Of a DNA stretch of 64,000 bases, positions 46,519 through 58,822 are shown in pieces. The DNA comes from Caecitellus pseudoparvulus (Eukaryota > Protista > Bigyra: Bicosoecida), in NCBI GenBank assembly GCA_965644315.1, contig CBFFRQ010000091.1:79793-143792 (forward strand). Direction: 5' to 3'. The stretch's first letter is position 1; each line of letters starts with the position of its first letter. The position numbers and the translations under genes were made by a program. The notes under the pieces were generated by a model. It saw nothing but the letters and a program-made list of their open reading frames with translations. It had not been told where the DNA came from and did no database searches.

Positions 46519-48384
46519 TCATGCGGAGGCGGGCAAGATGGGGTTCAGGGGCCGTGCGAAGCGGCCGGCAGTGCGCGTGGCACCCTCCACCATCATGGGC
46601 TCTGTCGGGCAGGCAGTGCCGCCTGGCACGGGCGCCACGCCTGTGGGCAACGCTGCGGCGGGTTGCCCAGCAGGCCCAGGCGTGGGGGCCGCGGCGCCGG
46701 CGGCAGTGTGTGGGGCGGCAGACCCCGTGAAGCGCGCGATGGGCGCGTGCTGCGTCAGGCCCAGCTTGACCTTGTGCCCGAACAGGTCCCTGATGTTCTT
46801 GATGCGGTACTTGATCATGGTGGGCCGCTCCAAGGACAGGCCCCAGGCGATGACGCGGACGTTGGAGGGCAGCCCCATGGGCGCCAGCATCTCCGGGCGG
46901 AAGATGCCAGAGTTGCCGATCTCCGTCCACTTCTTCAGGTCGGGGTGGTACCCGAAGATCTCCATGCTGGGCTCCGTGTACGGGTTGTACGCGGGCTTGA
47001 ACTTCAAGTTGGTGATGCCGATGCGCCGGAAGAACTCCGTGAACACGCCCAACAAGTCCCCCAGGCTCAAGTCGTAGTCAGCCACGACGCCCTCCACCTG
47101 GTGGAACTCTGCCAAGTGCGTCGCGTCCAGCGTCTCGTTCCGGAACACCCGGTCGATGGAGAAGAAGCGCGCGGGCTTGAAGCCGCCGGGCTGGTTGGCC
47201 AGCTCGTACAGCATGCGGGCAGAGACGGCAGTCGTGTGCGTGCGCAGCAAGTTCTTCATGGCTTCTGACCGCTGCCAGTGGTACCGGTACCCAATGCTGC
47301 CGGCGCCACCCTCCTCGTGCATGGCTTTGACACGGGCCAGGTATGGCTCAGGCACGCTGAGGGCGGTGGCGGGGTGCGTCACGAAGAACGTGTCGTGGGC
47401 ATCCCGCGCAGGGTGTGACTGGGGCTGGAACAGGCTGTCGAAGTTCCAGAAAGACGACTCCACGAAGCGTGCCGTGGGCATCTCAGCAAAGCCCATCTCC
47501 AGGAGGATGGCGCGGAATTCAGCGCGCACCTTGAGCAGCACGTGCAGGTGCCCGCCACCTGCGTCGGCGCCCAACGCGTTCAGGTTCAAGGACTTGAACT
47601 TGCACGTCTCCCACTCGCCGCTGTGTGCAGAGGGGGGCAGGGGTTGCAGCCGGGCAGCATGCACGCAGGGGGCACCTCGACCCAGACCAGCCAGCGTGCA
47701 CGTACGACTCCAGCATGTCCCGGGTCAGCTCTGCCACGGGCTTCTTGCGTTCCAAAGCAAAGTTGGGACCCTTGGTCAAGATGTAGAACTTGGTCGTTCT
47801 GCAGGGGTGGGGCCAGGGGGGAGGGGGTAGTGCAGGAACCCAATTCCGCAGCGGCACGAAGGGGCGCGGCAGGGGGAACAGCGCACGCACTCCTCCTTCA
47901 GCATCTTGCGCTTCTTCAACTCCTTGACCTGCTTGTCAGACAGTGCCTCCCCTGCTGCGTGGCTCTGCAGCATGCCCTGCACTGCGTCCGTGATGCTGTC
48001 CACACCTCGAACCAAGTTTGCGCCCTCCTTCCGCAGCCACTTGACGCGCATGGCAGAGCCGAAGCCAGCCTTGTACACAGCCGCGCCCACCGCAGCCTGT
48101 ACGTCGGGAATGGTGGCCCCTGCACCCTCTGGCACCGCTGCAAACACCAGCGCCTCCGGGGAGCCCTCTGCCAGAGCCGCCTTGCCAGCTGGCGTGAGCG
48201 TCAGGCTGGTGGTGCTGTCTGGCGTCGTGACGAGGTAGTCGTCTGAGCCCAGGGACTTGGCCAGGCCCACCACTTCTTGGTGCGTGAGGCCCAAAGTGCC
48301 GGCCAGCTGCAGCGTGCTGATGCCGCCCTCGGCATCCTGCACTGCCTGCAGCACCTGTGTGTCCGTGTCAGCTGCCGCAGCCAT
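46519..48384 (-). CDS. FARSA: Cytosolic phenylalanyl-tRNA synthetase alpha subunit (3 exons)
   Basis: [105 protein letters not shown]. Confidence 0.97.
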
Positions 48385-48608
48385 GGTGGGAAAGGAGTGG
48401 TGCGGGTGGGAGGTGTGCACTGCACTGGCACCACGCCACGCAGGGCACTGCAACGGAGCTACGAGAGTGTTGTGAAGGGTGTGGAAAGTGCCCGGCCTGC
48501 AGCAGTGCACGGGGGGGGGCGGCCGGCACACCCCACACACAGACTCCCACGACGCTTGCATTTCCCTGGCTTCCCTGGCGCAGCTACCCCCCTCGCCCCA
48601 GCCTGTGC

Positions 48609-49992
48609 TCAGGGAGTCCCCACTCCCACTCCTACTCCCCCTCCCACAGACAACAAGCCCACCCTGGCAGCCACAGCTACCGCGACAGCTGCCGTGGCCA
48701 CACCCCAGGACACCCCTGCCACGAAGCCATACCAGCTACGAGAGGCGGCTGGTGAAGCGGGCAGGGTATCACCGCCCCCCACCTCACCCCCCTCTGCCCG
48801 CTTGGCTGGGGTAGGGGATACGATGCTGCTAATGGTGGTGCTGGGGATGCCGCCCCCCCTGCCCCCGCCCCTCGCCCGCTGCACATACGTCACCACCTCT
48901 GCACTGCGCCAAGCTGGGGGCAGGTGCCCATTGGCCAGAGCTCGCCGAGCAGCCTTGCTGGCCAGTGCCCGTTCGTGGGTGCTGGTTGCCAGCTGCACGA
49001 CATCCGCGCCACCCCCCGCTGCTCCGTGGGCCACGTCAGAGTCCTGCAGAGCAGGGGGCGTCTTGCCCTCCCACAAGTGCGCCTCCACAGCGTACACGTC
49101 ACAGGCGCCACGCCCAGTGCCCCATGTCAGCTGCCGCAGCACACCCGTGCTGTGCCGCATGTGCACCCGGTGTTGCACGTACATGGCCACCAGCTGCCGG
49201 TTGAAGGGGTGCACATCTGTCGCTGAGAGGAAGTCGGCCAGGGGCATCCAGGCGGCGTCGGCGATTTCGTGGGGGCATGGGCTCAGCTGCTTGCTGTGGG
49301 GCAGCAGCACACACACCGTGTACAGGTCCCCCAGCCCCCACCGTGAGCGCGGGAAGTGCCGCATGGCCAGCACGTGCGAGAAGTCACACTGCACACCCGT
49401 CTCCTCCGCCACCTCCCGCACCGCTGCGGCGCCCAGGCCCTCCCCCGGGTCCACCACCCCCCCCGGCAGCTTCCACTTGCCTTTGCAGGTGGTGGGCCAT
49501 CGCTCCTTCACTACCAGCACCTCGTCCTGGGGGGACACGACCAGCCCCGCGGCAGCTGTGAGAGGAAGGCCGTGGCAGGGTTTGTGCTTGTGCATGGGCG
49601 TGGGGGCATGGGCTCGAGAGGCATGCCGCACCTATCACGTGCGTGCCGCCGCGTGGTAGCACATCCGGGTCAGCGCCCCCAGTTGGCAACCACCGCACCA
49701 GCACTGCCTCGTCGGGCCTTGCATGGTGCCACCTGAAGGCGGCGCTGGTGGCAGCGCCTGCCAAGCTCAAGCGTGTGTCAGCCGAAGCGCCCTTGATGTG
49801 CAGCCAGACGCCACGCACGCCGTCACGCTTCCAGCCGCCGCATCGATGGTCCAGCTCACCCGCCAGGGCCTGCCTGGCATGGTGCAGGTCTTCACAGGCC
49901 TTCAGCAGTACAGGCGCGGCGATGGTGACAACCTGCCCCGCATAACCATCAGCCTTGACCTGTAGCCAGGCAGAGCTGTCGGTTGCTGCCAT
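48609..49992 (-). CDS. Nudix hydrolase, NUDT6/plant NUDT7-8 type, with hydrophobic C-terminal extension (2 exons)
   Basis: N-domain DGYAG, GVRGVWLHI, FRWHHA..VLVRWL, THVIG; exon 2 AGLVV..EVLVVKER and Nudix box WKLPGGVVDPGEGLGAAAVREVAEETGV, EIADAAWMP. Confidence 0.85.
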
Positions 49993-50139
49993 GCGGTGCA
50001 ATTTCCGCACCCAGCCAGCCCTACAGACGCCCCTAACGATCGCAACGTCAAGGCAATCTGCACACGGCAGCCGTCAAACAGTGTGTTGGGTGGCTGACAT
50101 TCATTTGGTGGCATGGGGGCACTGCCTCCGTCCCCCCTC

Positions 50140-51505
50140 TCAGTGAGGCAGGGTGTATGCTGGGGGGACAAAGTCGTGCTTCACGCCTGCCTGGCCTTGC
50201 AGCACCCCCTTGCCCCACACGCTCTCCACCGTGGCCACGTCGGGCTCCGGTGGCATGGCATGGGCCCAGTACCCGGCCTGCCACGTCGCCGTGCCGGCTG
50301 ACTTCAGCCCGCCCCGCTTGTTGCCTGTCCCAGCCGGCCGCGTGCCAGGCAGCGCTCCCATCAACTGCGCCACTTGGGCATCTGCAGCGGCGGTGCCACG
50401 GTCCCCAAACCCAGCGTGGGCCGCCGTGCCGGGGGCGCCAGTGAATGTGGGGTCTGCCTGTGGCTGGTGCGGGCTGCTGCTGGTGTGCCCCCCCCCGCCG
50501 CCAGCCTCTGCCCAGGAAGGCCGTGCTGACCAGGCAAGGGTGGCGCTGGGCAGGGTGGCGCTGTCGAAATGGGTGAGCCAGTCCTCAGGGGGGGTGGGAC
50601 CCCCCCTCTGCAGGGCCTTGGCAGTTGCCGTGCGGCGAGCCCGCAACGCCACCATGCGTGCTGTCTCGCGCTGTGTGGGGGTCATGTAGCCGTTGGCAGG
50701 GGTGGCGATGCGGCGAGCCCGGCGCCGTGACGCTGCACAGCTACGCCGCGTCAGCTCTGCTGTCATCGCATCGCGGGTCTTGCTGTCGCCCCCGCCGCGA
50801 GTCGTGCCGTTCCAACTCGGCTTCTTTTCCAGAGATGCGTGCACAGGCGCCTCACACGTGCGCTTCAAGTGGCCCTGCGCAGCAACATCGAGAGCGCGGG
50901 GAGGGGTGGTGGGCAACGTGTGAGTCTGTGAGGTAAGCCAGCACTGCACGCCGGCGCACCTGAGACGAGCGGGCGTCCATGCGCAGCAGCTTGGTGCGCC
51001 CAAAGGCATCCCGGGACACAGGCCGTGACGGTGGTAGCTGCTCTGCCCTGAAGTTGTGCTGGTACTCCCGGGGCTCATGCTGTGCGGGGCAGCGCGGGCA
51101 GGATGCGGAAATTGCTAGCAGAAACGCTGCGCTGCGCTCCTCACGCACAGATGCCAGCAAGCGACTGGTGCGCTTGCACAGCGGCTGGCCAGTGCTGGTG
51201 CTGCCATTCCACTGGGGCTTGGCCAGCTCCGCCAGGGCGCTGTGCCGTGCCCACGCCTTGGCCTCGTGCTTTGCCTGCCGGGCCTTGGCAGGCACGTCGG
51301 ATGGGTGAAAGGCCTGCTCTCCGTGCAGCTTGTACTGCTTGCGCAGGTGCTTGGAGCCAATGACGATCTGAGGGAGGAGTGCAGAGCAGTTGCCGTGTGT
51401 GGCACCACGCTGCGTAATCACAGTACCTGCTCGACTTACTTTGCGCTTCAAGTACGGGTGGCCTGGTCCCGCCTGTCCGAGGTCGCTGCGACTTGCGCTT
51501 GCCAT
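50140..51505 (-). CDS. Hypothetical basic protein (multi-exon)
   Basis: ORFs 50852..51532 and 50140..51078 with gtaagt/gtgcgc donors and cag acceptors. Internal repeated motif KPQWNGST / KPSWNGTT. Confidence 0.45.
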
Positions 51506-51699
51506 GACACCTGCATCGCAGGGAGCATGCATTGCCCTTTCGTCACGAGGGTGTCAATAGATTGGCAATGTGAGTTGTGGTGGGATTTGGCGCGTGCGTC
51601 TCTGTGCACCCTAGCCTCTTCCGGGCTGGCAAGAATGGCCAGCGTGAGACACCCCTTCGCGTCTGGCAAAGGCTCTTGGTGGGCGGCGGCACGGCCCCC

Positions 51700-52281
51700 T
51701 CAGCGCCCAACACCAAGCGATGGCAAGGCCTCTGCACCTGGCAGACCCCTCCACGGGTCCAGCAACATGCTGGGCCGGAAGAGGCTGCCGCCGTGCTGTG
51801 TCGGGGGGCCGTGGCCGTGGCGGTGGCCGCCTCGACCCTGCCTGTCGCCCTGCTGTGTGCCTCGCCCGCCCCGGCCTCGATGGCCTGTGCTGTGTGCACC
51901 CCGCTGCTGCGGCCTGCCCCGCCGCTGGCCGGTCTGTGCTGTCTGCTGCCTCGTTCCCCGCTGCCTTCCAAAGCTGAGAGGCAGCGCAGCGGCTGCCATG
52001 GCTGCGCCCTCAGCACCACCTTGAGCGTGCAGCACACCTTGCTCTGATGATGCCCACTGAGGTGCTTGCCGGCTGGGCGGCGTGCTGGACGGAGAGTGTG
52101 GCCTGCAGTGCGGAAATCGACAGCCTGTGCACCACGCCAGTTTGCGACCGCCTGCGCTGCCACAGACGCACCTGGGGCGTTTGGCCGAAGGCTCACACGT
52201 GTCCACTGGAGTGTGTTTGAACACCATGTCGTCTGCACCCACAAACGTCTCTTCCGCAAAGGGGGGCGGCAAGCCAGCCAT
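51700..52281 (-). CDS. MPLKIP/TTDN1-like small Gly/Arg-rich protein
   Basis: RG-rich disordered region ending in LFRPSMLLDPWRGL, resembling the MPLKIP C-terminal motif (Y/F)KPSMLEDPWxGL. Confidence 0.5.
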   Translation of the reverse strand: MAGLPPPFAEETFVGADDMVFKHTPVDTCEPSAKRPRCVCGSAGGRKLAWCTGCRFPHCRPHSPSSTPPSRQAPQWASSEQGVLHAQGGAEGAAMAAAALPLSFGRQRGTRQQTAQTGQRRGRPQQRGAHSTGHRGRGGRGTQQGDRQGRGGHRHGHGPPTQHGGSLFRPSMLLDPWRGLPGAEALPSLGVGR

Positions 52282-52555
52282 GACGCGCCCGGAATGGACA
52301 GGGAGGTCGGCAGAGCCTGAAGGCAACACAGGCCCGTGCCTCGCCCTACACACATGAGAAGCTGCTAAAAAAGGAAGATAGTGCGCAAATGTACACGCCA
52401 CAGCCAGATGTGCAGCGCACTGCACTTTGTACTCCAACACACAGCACCCATCCAGTGCCAAGTGTGCCTTGCCTGCCTGCTCCACACAGCCTTTCAGCCC
52501 TCACCAGTGCTGCAGGCAGGGCCCTGCGTGTCCAGCGGAGCCCACCGTGTCTCAT

Positions 52556-54127
52556 ATGGCTGCAAGACACGGTGGTGCCTCGAAGCGGCCACTGTGGAGC
52601 AGTTGGGCGGGCAGGCTGCTGCTGCTTGCGTGTGCCGTTGCGGTATTTGCTACCGGCGCCATTGGTGCAGCATGGCTGCGGCTGAGCGAAAGCTCCGCGA
52701 CACCAGCGTCCACGCAGGCTGCCCCCAGTCAGAGCGAAGCTGAAGGTCGCCTTCGTGCCGAAGTCATGGCGCTGCGGCAGCAGCTGCAGGCAGAGCAGCG
52801 CCAGACGGCGAAACTCAGTGGTCAAGTGTCCAGCGCTGTGGCCTGCGAAGGCCGCCTTGCAGCGTGCAGTGCAGCCAAGGCGGCGGCAGCATCAGCAGCA
52901 GCGCCGTCCCCGGCACCCCCCGCGACAGCCCCGAGTCAAGTGGCAGTTGGCTCCACCACCCTCCCTCCCGACTCGGCCTGGATGTGCATTGCCATCCCCA
53001 CCGTGCACCGGGCCGGGCAGGACTACCTAAACCCGACGCTGGGCGCCATCCTGTCCCAGCTGCCCACAGACAGCAGCCACCCACTGTACCACGCCGTGCG
53101 CATCGTGGTGGTGGACAACTCCCACACGCCGCAGCAACACACTGCCTTCGAAGCGGCAGCTGCCAGCCTGGCGTCCCCCCAGCACCCTCATGCCGGGTAC
53201 GTGGCCTTTGCGTCCAACCCCCTGCCCCGCGCGACAGGGCATGGGGGCGTGCAGCAGGGCCGGGGCGACCCCAACGCAGCTGGGCCCACAGTGCAGCAGC
53301 AGTCGCGTGACGTCATCTGGACACTGCACGCTGCCGTGACGCTGTGCGGGGGGGGTGGCGTGGGCGACATCCCCCCCGCACCTCCTGGCTCCCACCCAGC
53401 ACCACCAGCGGACATGGGCGCCGTGCAGGGCGTGCCCTTCCCCCGGCCCGTCCTGGCCAGCACCGTCATGCTGATGGAGGACGACTTCCGACTCTGCCCC
53501 AACGCACTGCTGGCCCTCCTGCACATGCACCTGAAGGCGGCCAGCATGCCCCACCACGCAGCGCTGTCGCCACAGCAGGCAGCTGTGCGCCTGGACAAGG
53601 CGGGGTTGCCCCGCCCACCGCCACTGCAGCCTGACGCGCAGGGCGCCGTGCCCTGGCTCGTCCTGCGGGTGTGCTACGGGCTGAACGGTGTCGTGCTGCA
53701 CACACGCGACGTGCCCGAGTTCGCGTGGTACTTGAGCACGCGCCTGACGCAGCGCCCGCCTGACCACCTGCTGGTGGAGTGGTTCGCGGGGGAGAAGCCT
53801 GACAGCGCCGCCTTCGTGGGCCAGCGTGCCCACTTCACGTACAAGTACAACTTGCTGGACCACTTCGGGCGCCAGAGCAGCCTGCGGGCAGCGCCGCAGG
53901 GCACCTTTGGCGCCTGCTTCGACCCCCTGGACACGGGCAACTTGTTCCCTGTGGAGGCGTGGGATGCTCGCACCTGTGGGCACGACGACATGACACCCTG
54001 CAGGCCGGCAGATGACCCTGCAAGGGTACCAGCGCTGGACCTCAAGGCAGGCGCGACCGCCGCCAACGTGCCCCTGCGCATCGGGGACCAGCACAAGGAC
54101 ATGAAAGGGCACTTGCGGGCAGGGTGA
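52556..54127 (+). CDS. Type II membrane glycosyltransferase, MGAT4/GT54-like
   Basis: N-terminal TM (LLLLACAVAVFATGAIGAAW), coiled-coil stem, IAIPTVHR..DYLNPTL, QQSRD, MLMEDDF (ExD/DxD), PPDHL, LDHFGRQSSL. Confidence 0.75.
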   Translation: MAARHGGASKRPLWSSWAGRLLLLACAVAVFATGAIGAAWLRLSESSATPASTQAAPSQSEAEGRLRAEVMALRQQLQAEQRQTAKLSGQVSSAVACEGRLAACSAAKAAAASAAAPSPAPPATAPSQVAVGSTTLPPDSAWMCIAIPTVHRAGQDYLNPTLGAILSQLPTDSSHPLYHAVRIVVVDNSHTPQQHTAFEAAAASLASPQHPHAGYVAFASNPLPRATGHGGVQQGRGDPNAAGPTVQQQSRDVIWTLHAAVTLCGGGGVGDIPPAPPGSHPAPPADMGAVQGVPFPRPVLASTVMLMEDDFRLCPNALLALLHMHLKAASMPHHAALSPQQAAVRLDKAGLPRPPPLQPDAQGAVPWLVLRVCYGLNGVVLHTRDVPEFAWYLSTRLTQRPPDHLLVEWFAGEKPDSAAFVGQRAHFTYKYNLLDHFGRQSSLRAAPQGTFGACFDPLDTGNLFPVEAWDARTCGHDDMTPCRPADDPARVPALDLKAGATAANVPLRIGDQHKDMKGHLRAG

Positions 54128-55090
54128 CGGTGCTGCTGCAGCAGCAGGAAGGAAGTGCATTCATGCCGCTGTTGCTGCTGAAGCCTGCCAGTCACTGCCA
54201 GTCCAGAGCATGCCTGGGGAAAGGGGGGATGGGTGTCGTGTAGGCTCTCAGAGTAACGAGTGCTGCATGGGCGAGCAGCGCCCGAGTCGCAATATGTGAG
54301 CGGGAAATTCATGTAGCAACCCTCGTCCAGGTTCAGGCGGCTCGCGGCGGCCGCCTGCCTGCCGATTGAGGAGTGCGCAACACCGCAGCAACAGGAGACA
54401 TGGGCGTCAAGGGCGAAACCAGCTCAGCCTCAATAAATCGGTTTTTGAAGCCGTCACGGTGCGTACGGTCAAGGGGTTTTAGCATCCCAGCTGACACTTC
54501 GCCAGACACGCCACACACAAAGAAGGCTCAGACTGCCACGCATGCAGCGCTTGCGCCGCCAAGTTCACCCATGGGCAACATGTGCTTCTGGTGGGTTCTC
54601 CATCAGTTCAACTGTGGAACCAGAACAAACATGCGCCGGGTCGAGCGCTGTGTCATCCCTGCCTGCGGAACAAGCCGCCACACCAGCCACAAGCATGTCC
54701 GCCGCTGTGCCCACACAGCGCAACTAGGGCGGGCACACGGTCAATACACACACTGCCTAACGTCCAACAACCGTGTGGCTCTGGAACGTTGCCGTGCACT
54801 CACTGTTTCAGCAGCCCTGGCCAGGTCTGAGGCGGGGCGCTATTTCCGCTCAAGCATGGTGCTCAACACCGCCCCCACTCCTCAAGGGAGGACACACAAC
54901 TATGCCGTGGGACCGCCAAAATGCAGCGCATGCGTAGAATGCCCGGCATGTTGTGTGTGTTTGCTGACTGCGTTTGACGAGGCGGAGCACCCCCCCTCCC
55001 CCACATGCGCAAGGGTTGCTCCATCGGGATTGAGCGGGAGGCAACCTGCGCAACTCAGTGCCGCATTCCGCTCGCTGCCCCTCATGCAGC

Positions 55091-58090
55091 ATGGCAGAGA
55101 AAGGCAGGGACGCTAACCCACGGGCTACCTTCATCCTCCAGCAGTTGTTTGGCTTGCCGCCTGCCGAGGTGGGTGTCTGTTGGCGTTCGTTGTGGGGCTC
55201 AGAGCAAGTGGGGCGCCTGCGTGCGCGTTTCGTGGAGACACGCTGGTGCAGGCAACTACCAGCACCCCGCCACGCACCCAGCATGCTGCGACCGGCGACT
55301 GTGGCGCATGTGACCAGGGTTTGCAGTAATGCGGGTGCACCTGCCCGCCTGTGCTTGCATGGATGGCTGTCGCCCCGTCCCTTGCGCTGCCCACAGTGTG
55401 CGCACCCTCTCACGCTGCCTCGCAGGTGTTGCTCGAGGACTTCTCATGCGCCATTCGCACGCGCCTGCTGCTGCACGGGCGGCTGTACGTCTGCTCCTCC
55501 TGTCTGTGCTTCTACTCCAACATCTTCGGCCACGAGACCAAGCGGGTGCTGCCCTTCCGCCACATCACCTCCCTGCGTAAAGTCCGGGCGACACTGCTCA
55601 GCCCCGCCGTGCAGGTGAACATCCAGCGAGGCGCACTGAAGAAGCAGTACGTCTTCACGTCCTTCTTCTCGGGGTACAGGGATGAGTGCCTGGCGCTGTG
55701 CACGCGCCTGATCCAGGCTCAGCGCGCGGCGTGTGGGCCGGGGGCGCTGCCGTTCACGGTGGGCACGCCCCCCTCCAGCGCGCCCGCAGAGCCCCCCCCC
55801 ACGCCCATCGCCGTCCCCCCCCCTACGCCGCCAGAGGACCAGGCTGTGTCGGACGGTGACTCCTCGGATGATGGGAGGGGGGGGCGAGGAGGACCCGGGG
55901 GGGGGGGCTGCCGACGGCCCACCCCAGCCAGCCGTCGCGCTGGAGTCCTACCCCCCTCCACCCACCAACCTGCTGGCCGAGTTCGACGCGCTCACACCAG
56001 TGCTGGACACCACCCTGCCCCTGCCTGTGGAGCAGTTCTTCTCTGAGTTCTTCGCAGAGGACGCCCGGTTCCCCCTGGCGGACTTCCACCGGGGGCTGGG
56101 GCACAGTGAGGTGGAGGTGACGGAGTGGGGCGCGGTGGGGCCGGGGTCCGGGGAGGACGCCCCCACCATCTCCCGCACCATGCGGTACCGCATGCCGCTG
56201 CCGCCCGGCACCATGACGCCTGACTCCACGCGTGTGGAGAAGGGCGTGCAGCTGGTGCGGTACTGGTGTGGGGAGGGAGGAGGAGGGGGGGCTGACCCGC
56301 CCCCCGGCCTCATCCTCGTCATCCACGGCAGTGCCCGCTCCTTCGACGTGCCGTTTGGGGGCTGCTTCACCACAGACGAGCGCATGCTGGTGTGCCGGGC
56401 GGCGGAGGATGGCGCCACGCGCGTGCGGGTGGCGGTCACCGTCACCTTCACCAAGTCCACCCTGTTCAAGTCCCAAATCGTGCCCCGCGCAGAGGCAGGC
56501 GCGGGCAGCCTGCACACCGCCTGGCATGAGGCTGCCATGGGGCACCTCGCCACCCGCACAGCTCCAGGGGAGGTCCTGCAGCGTATGGCGGCAGCGGAGG
56601 CGGCGACGGCGGCGGCGGCTGAGCAGGCTGCCGAGCGCAACACAGCCCTGCGGGCACTGCCGTCCCTGCCCGTGCAGACGCTGACGGCGCTGCAGCCGGG
56701 GCAGACGCCTGCCTACACCATCCTCCTGGACAAGGAGCTGCCCCTGCCCGTGACGCAGTTCTACGAGGAGTTCCTAGGGGAGGGCGCGCGGTTCGGGCTG
56801 CCAGCCCTGCAGGGGACGCTGGGGCACACGGACGTGCAGGTGACGCCCTGGGCCAGTGGGGCGGCGGAGGCAGGCGCAGGGCAGCCCAGCCCCCCCGCTC
56901 GCCCGCCGCCGCCCGAGCCGGGCACGCCACCCCCCTCTGCCACCATCGCCCACCGCGTGTTCAACTTCCGCATGCCCCTGCCCAAGTCAGCCTTCGCCCC
57001 CAGCACCACCCGTGTGCGCAAGAGCGTCGAGCTGCACCAGTGCTGGGTGAAAGAGGGGGATGAGGTGTGTGGGCCACCTGGTGCCCTGGCCACACAGGGC
57101 TCGGGGGTGGCCCTGTCCGGCCCCCCCCCCGCCCTGCCCCCCGGCCTGGTCCTGGCACAGCACGAGGCGTCGCAGTCCCTGGACGTGCCCATGTCCGACT
57201 GCTTCGTCACACACACCCTGTGGCTGGCCTTCCCCGGGGAGGGCGGTGACGTCACCCGCGTCGTCGTTGGCGTCGCCATCGTCTTCACAAAGTTCGCACT
57301 GGCTGCCAGCATCATCCAGGCCAAGGGGCTGCAGGGCAGTGCCGAGTTCCTGGACCAGTGGTACACGGCCTCCCTGCAGCACCTCATCGCCCGGCGCCAG
57401 GCTCAGGCGGCAGCCGCCAGCGCTGAGGCCAAGCGCGTCACAGCGGGGGCTGGCGCCGCCGCTGGCCCCGCCGACGACACGGACACCCAGGCGGCGGACC
57501 CCACGGCGCTCGCCCTGGCCCTGCGGGACCTGACGCTGCCCCTGCCGGCCACCCTGGCCCAGCCAGGGCACACGCCAGGGGACATCCTGAAAGCCTACGC
57601 CAAGCTCTTCGTGCTGTACCAGAACCTGCGCCAACAGCTGCTGGCTGATGCACGCCTGGGGGCATACAGAGCGCCTGAGGGGGAGGGCGGGGGGGGCGGC
57701 GGGTCGAGTCTGGGTGCCATTGCGGCGGGGTCCGCCTCAGGCGCGCCCCAGCCCCTGACAGGTGAGGACTGGGTGCTGGACCGTGTCACGTGTGGCGCTG
57801 TGCGGCGCGGGGCGGGGGGCGGGTGGCTGTATACACCCCCCTCTGCAGCCATGGCACGCCTGGGCCTCGCACTGGCCCTGGCCGCGTGGGCTGCCCTGGT
57901 CTGGTTGGCCCTGTGGAGCCTGCCCCCCCACACCGTAGCTCAGCCTGACGCCTGCCCGGTGGTGTCGGAGATAGCCTCGCCCGAGCAGGCGGTGGGCACA
58001 GTGGATGGGGAGGGCGCCGTGGATGCGGAGGGTGTGCGGGCGCTGGTGCAGGCGGAGCTGGCACGGGCCCTGCAGCACCCCGGCTCGTGA
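55091..58090 (+). CDS. GRAM + two VASt/StARkin domains + C-terminal TM (GRAMD1/Aster/Lam/VAD1 family); intron 55169..55425; frameshift in poly-G near 55875
   Basis: LFGLPPAE|VLLEDFSCA...HGRLYV..LCFYSNIFG (GRAM); two LPLPVxQF(F/Y)xEF...V(E/Q)VT(E/P)W...DVP(F/M)xxCF VASt repeats; TM LGLALALAAWAALVWLALW. Confidence 0.85.
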
Positions 58091-58102
58091 CGGGGCTACG
58101 CA

Positions 58103-58115
58103 GCATGCATGCATT
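58103..58115. terminator. GCATGCATGCATT, candidate bidirectional poly(A) signal
   Basis: In the 33-nt gap between convergent stops 58090 and 58124; contains palindrome ATGCATGCAT. Confidence 0.4.
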
Positions 58116-58123
58116 GGGCGGAG

Positions 58124-58822
58124 TCACGCCTTGATGGCGGCGGCCTTGGTGTCCTTCTCCAGGCGGTCCATCTCCGCAAGGGCGGTGAGGATCTCCACGT
58201 TGCTGGTCTCCAGCACCATGCCGCCCATGACGATTTCGTCCAGGATGAAGTGCGTCTTGTCGCTGTGGAAGATGAGGTCCAACTCGCAGACATTCTCGAA
58301 GTACCGGTCCAGGGTCTCCACGAACACTGGGCAAGAGGTGGGAGGTGGCGTGCCTGTGCGGGGCACACCTGGCCAGGGCGCTGGGCGGCTGCACTCACCC
58401 TGCACGAGGTCCAGGATGCCCAGCTCGCTCTCCTGTTCGTCCACGATGAAGACGAAATACAGTGTTGCATAGTGGCGGTACACTACCTTGCACGTCTTGG
58501 GGAAGTGCGTCAACCTGACAGCAGTGAGGCGAGGGCAGCGCGTGCCTGGAAGCTGCAGGCTCGCCGTTCACCGCGGTGCACGTACCCGCCACCGGTAATG
58601 AAGTTGCACACTCCATCGGTGCGCTTTGAGAGCAAGGAGTACAGGTCCCGCACGGTCTGCGCCATCTCAGTGGCATCCTGTGGGGAGGGAGCAAGGGGAG
58701 AAGCCAAGTGCACTGCCGCAGCCAGCGCCAGCCCGCCCCTGGCCGCCTCGCACCAGCTTGTCGAAGCACTTCTGCAGGCGGGCCTTGCCATGGTTGTTGA
58801 TGATAAAGATGCCGCGAATCAT
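58124..58822 (-). CDS. AP3S: AP-3 complex subunit sigma (4 exons)
   Basis: MIRGIFIINNHGKARL, SKRTDGVCNF, VYRHYATLYFVFIVDEQESELGILDLVQ|VFVETLDRYFENVCELDLIFH, EIVMGGMVLET (sigma-3 signature). Confidence 0.93.

Noticed and set aside
54128-55090. Possible small minus-strand gene between the glycosyltransferase and the GRAM gene
   Set aside because: Splice-like signals and a 61-aa ORF exist, but I could not assemble a convincing reading frame.
55870-55910. GRAM and VASt parts as two genes or a pseudogene
   Set aside because: The frame switch falls in poly-G runs and the joined architecture is a known family, so an assembly indel is most likely.
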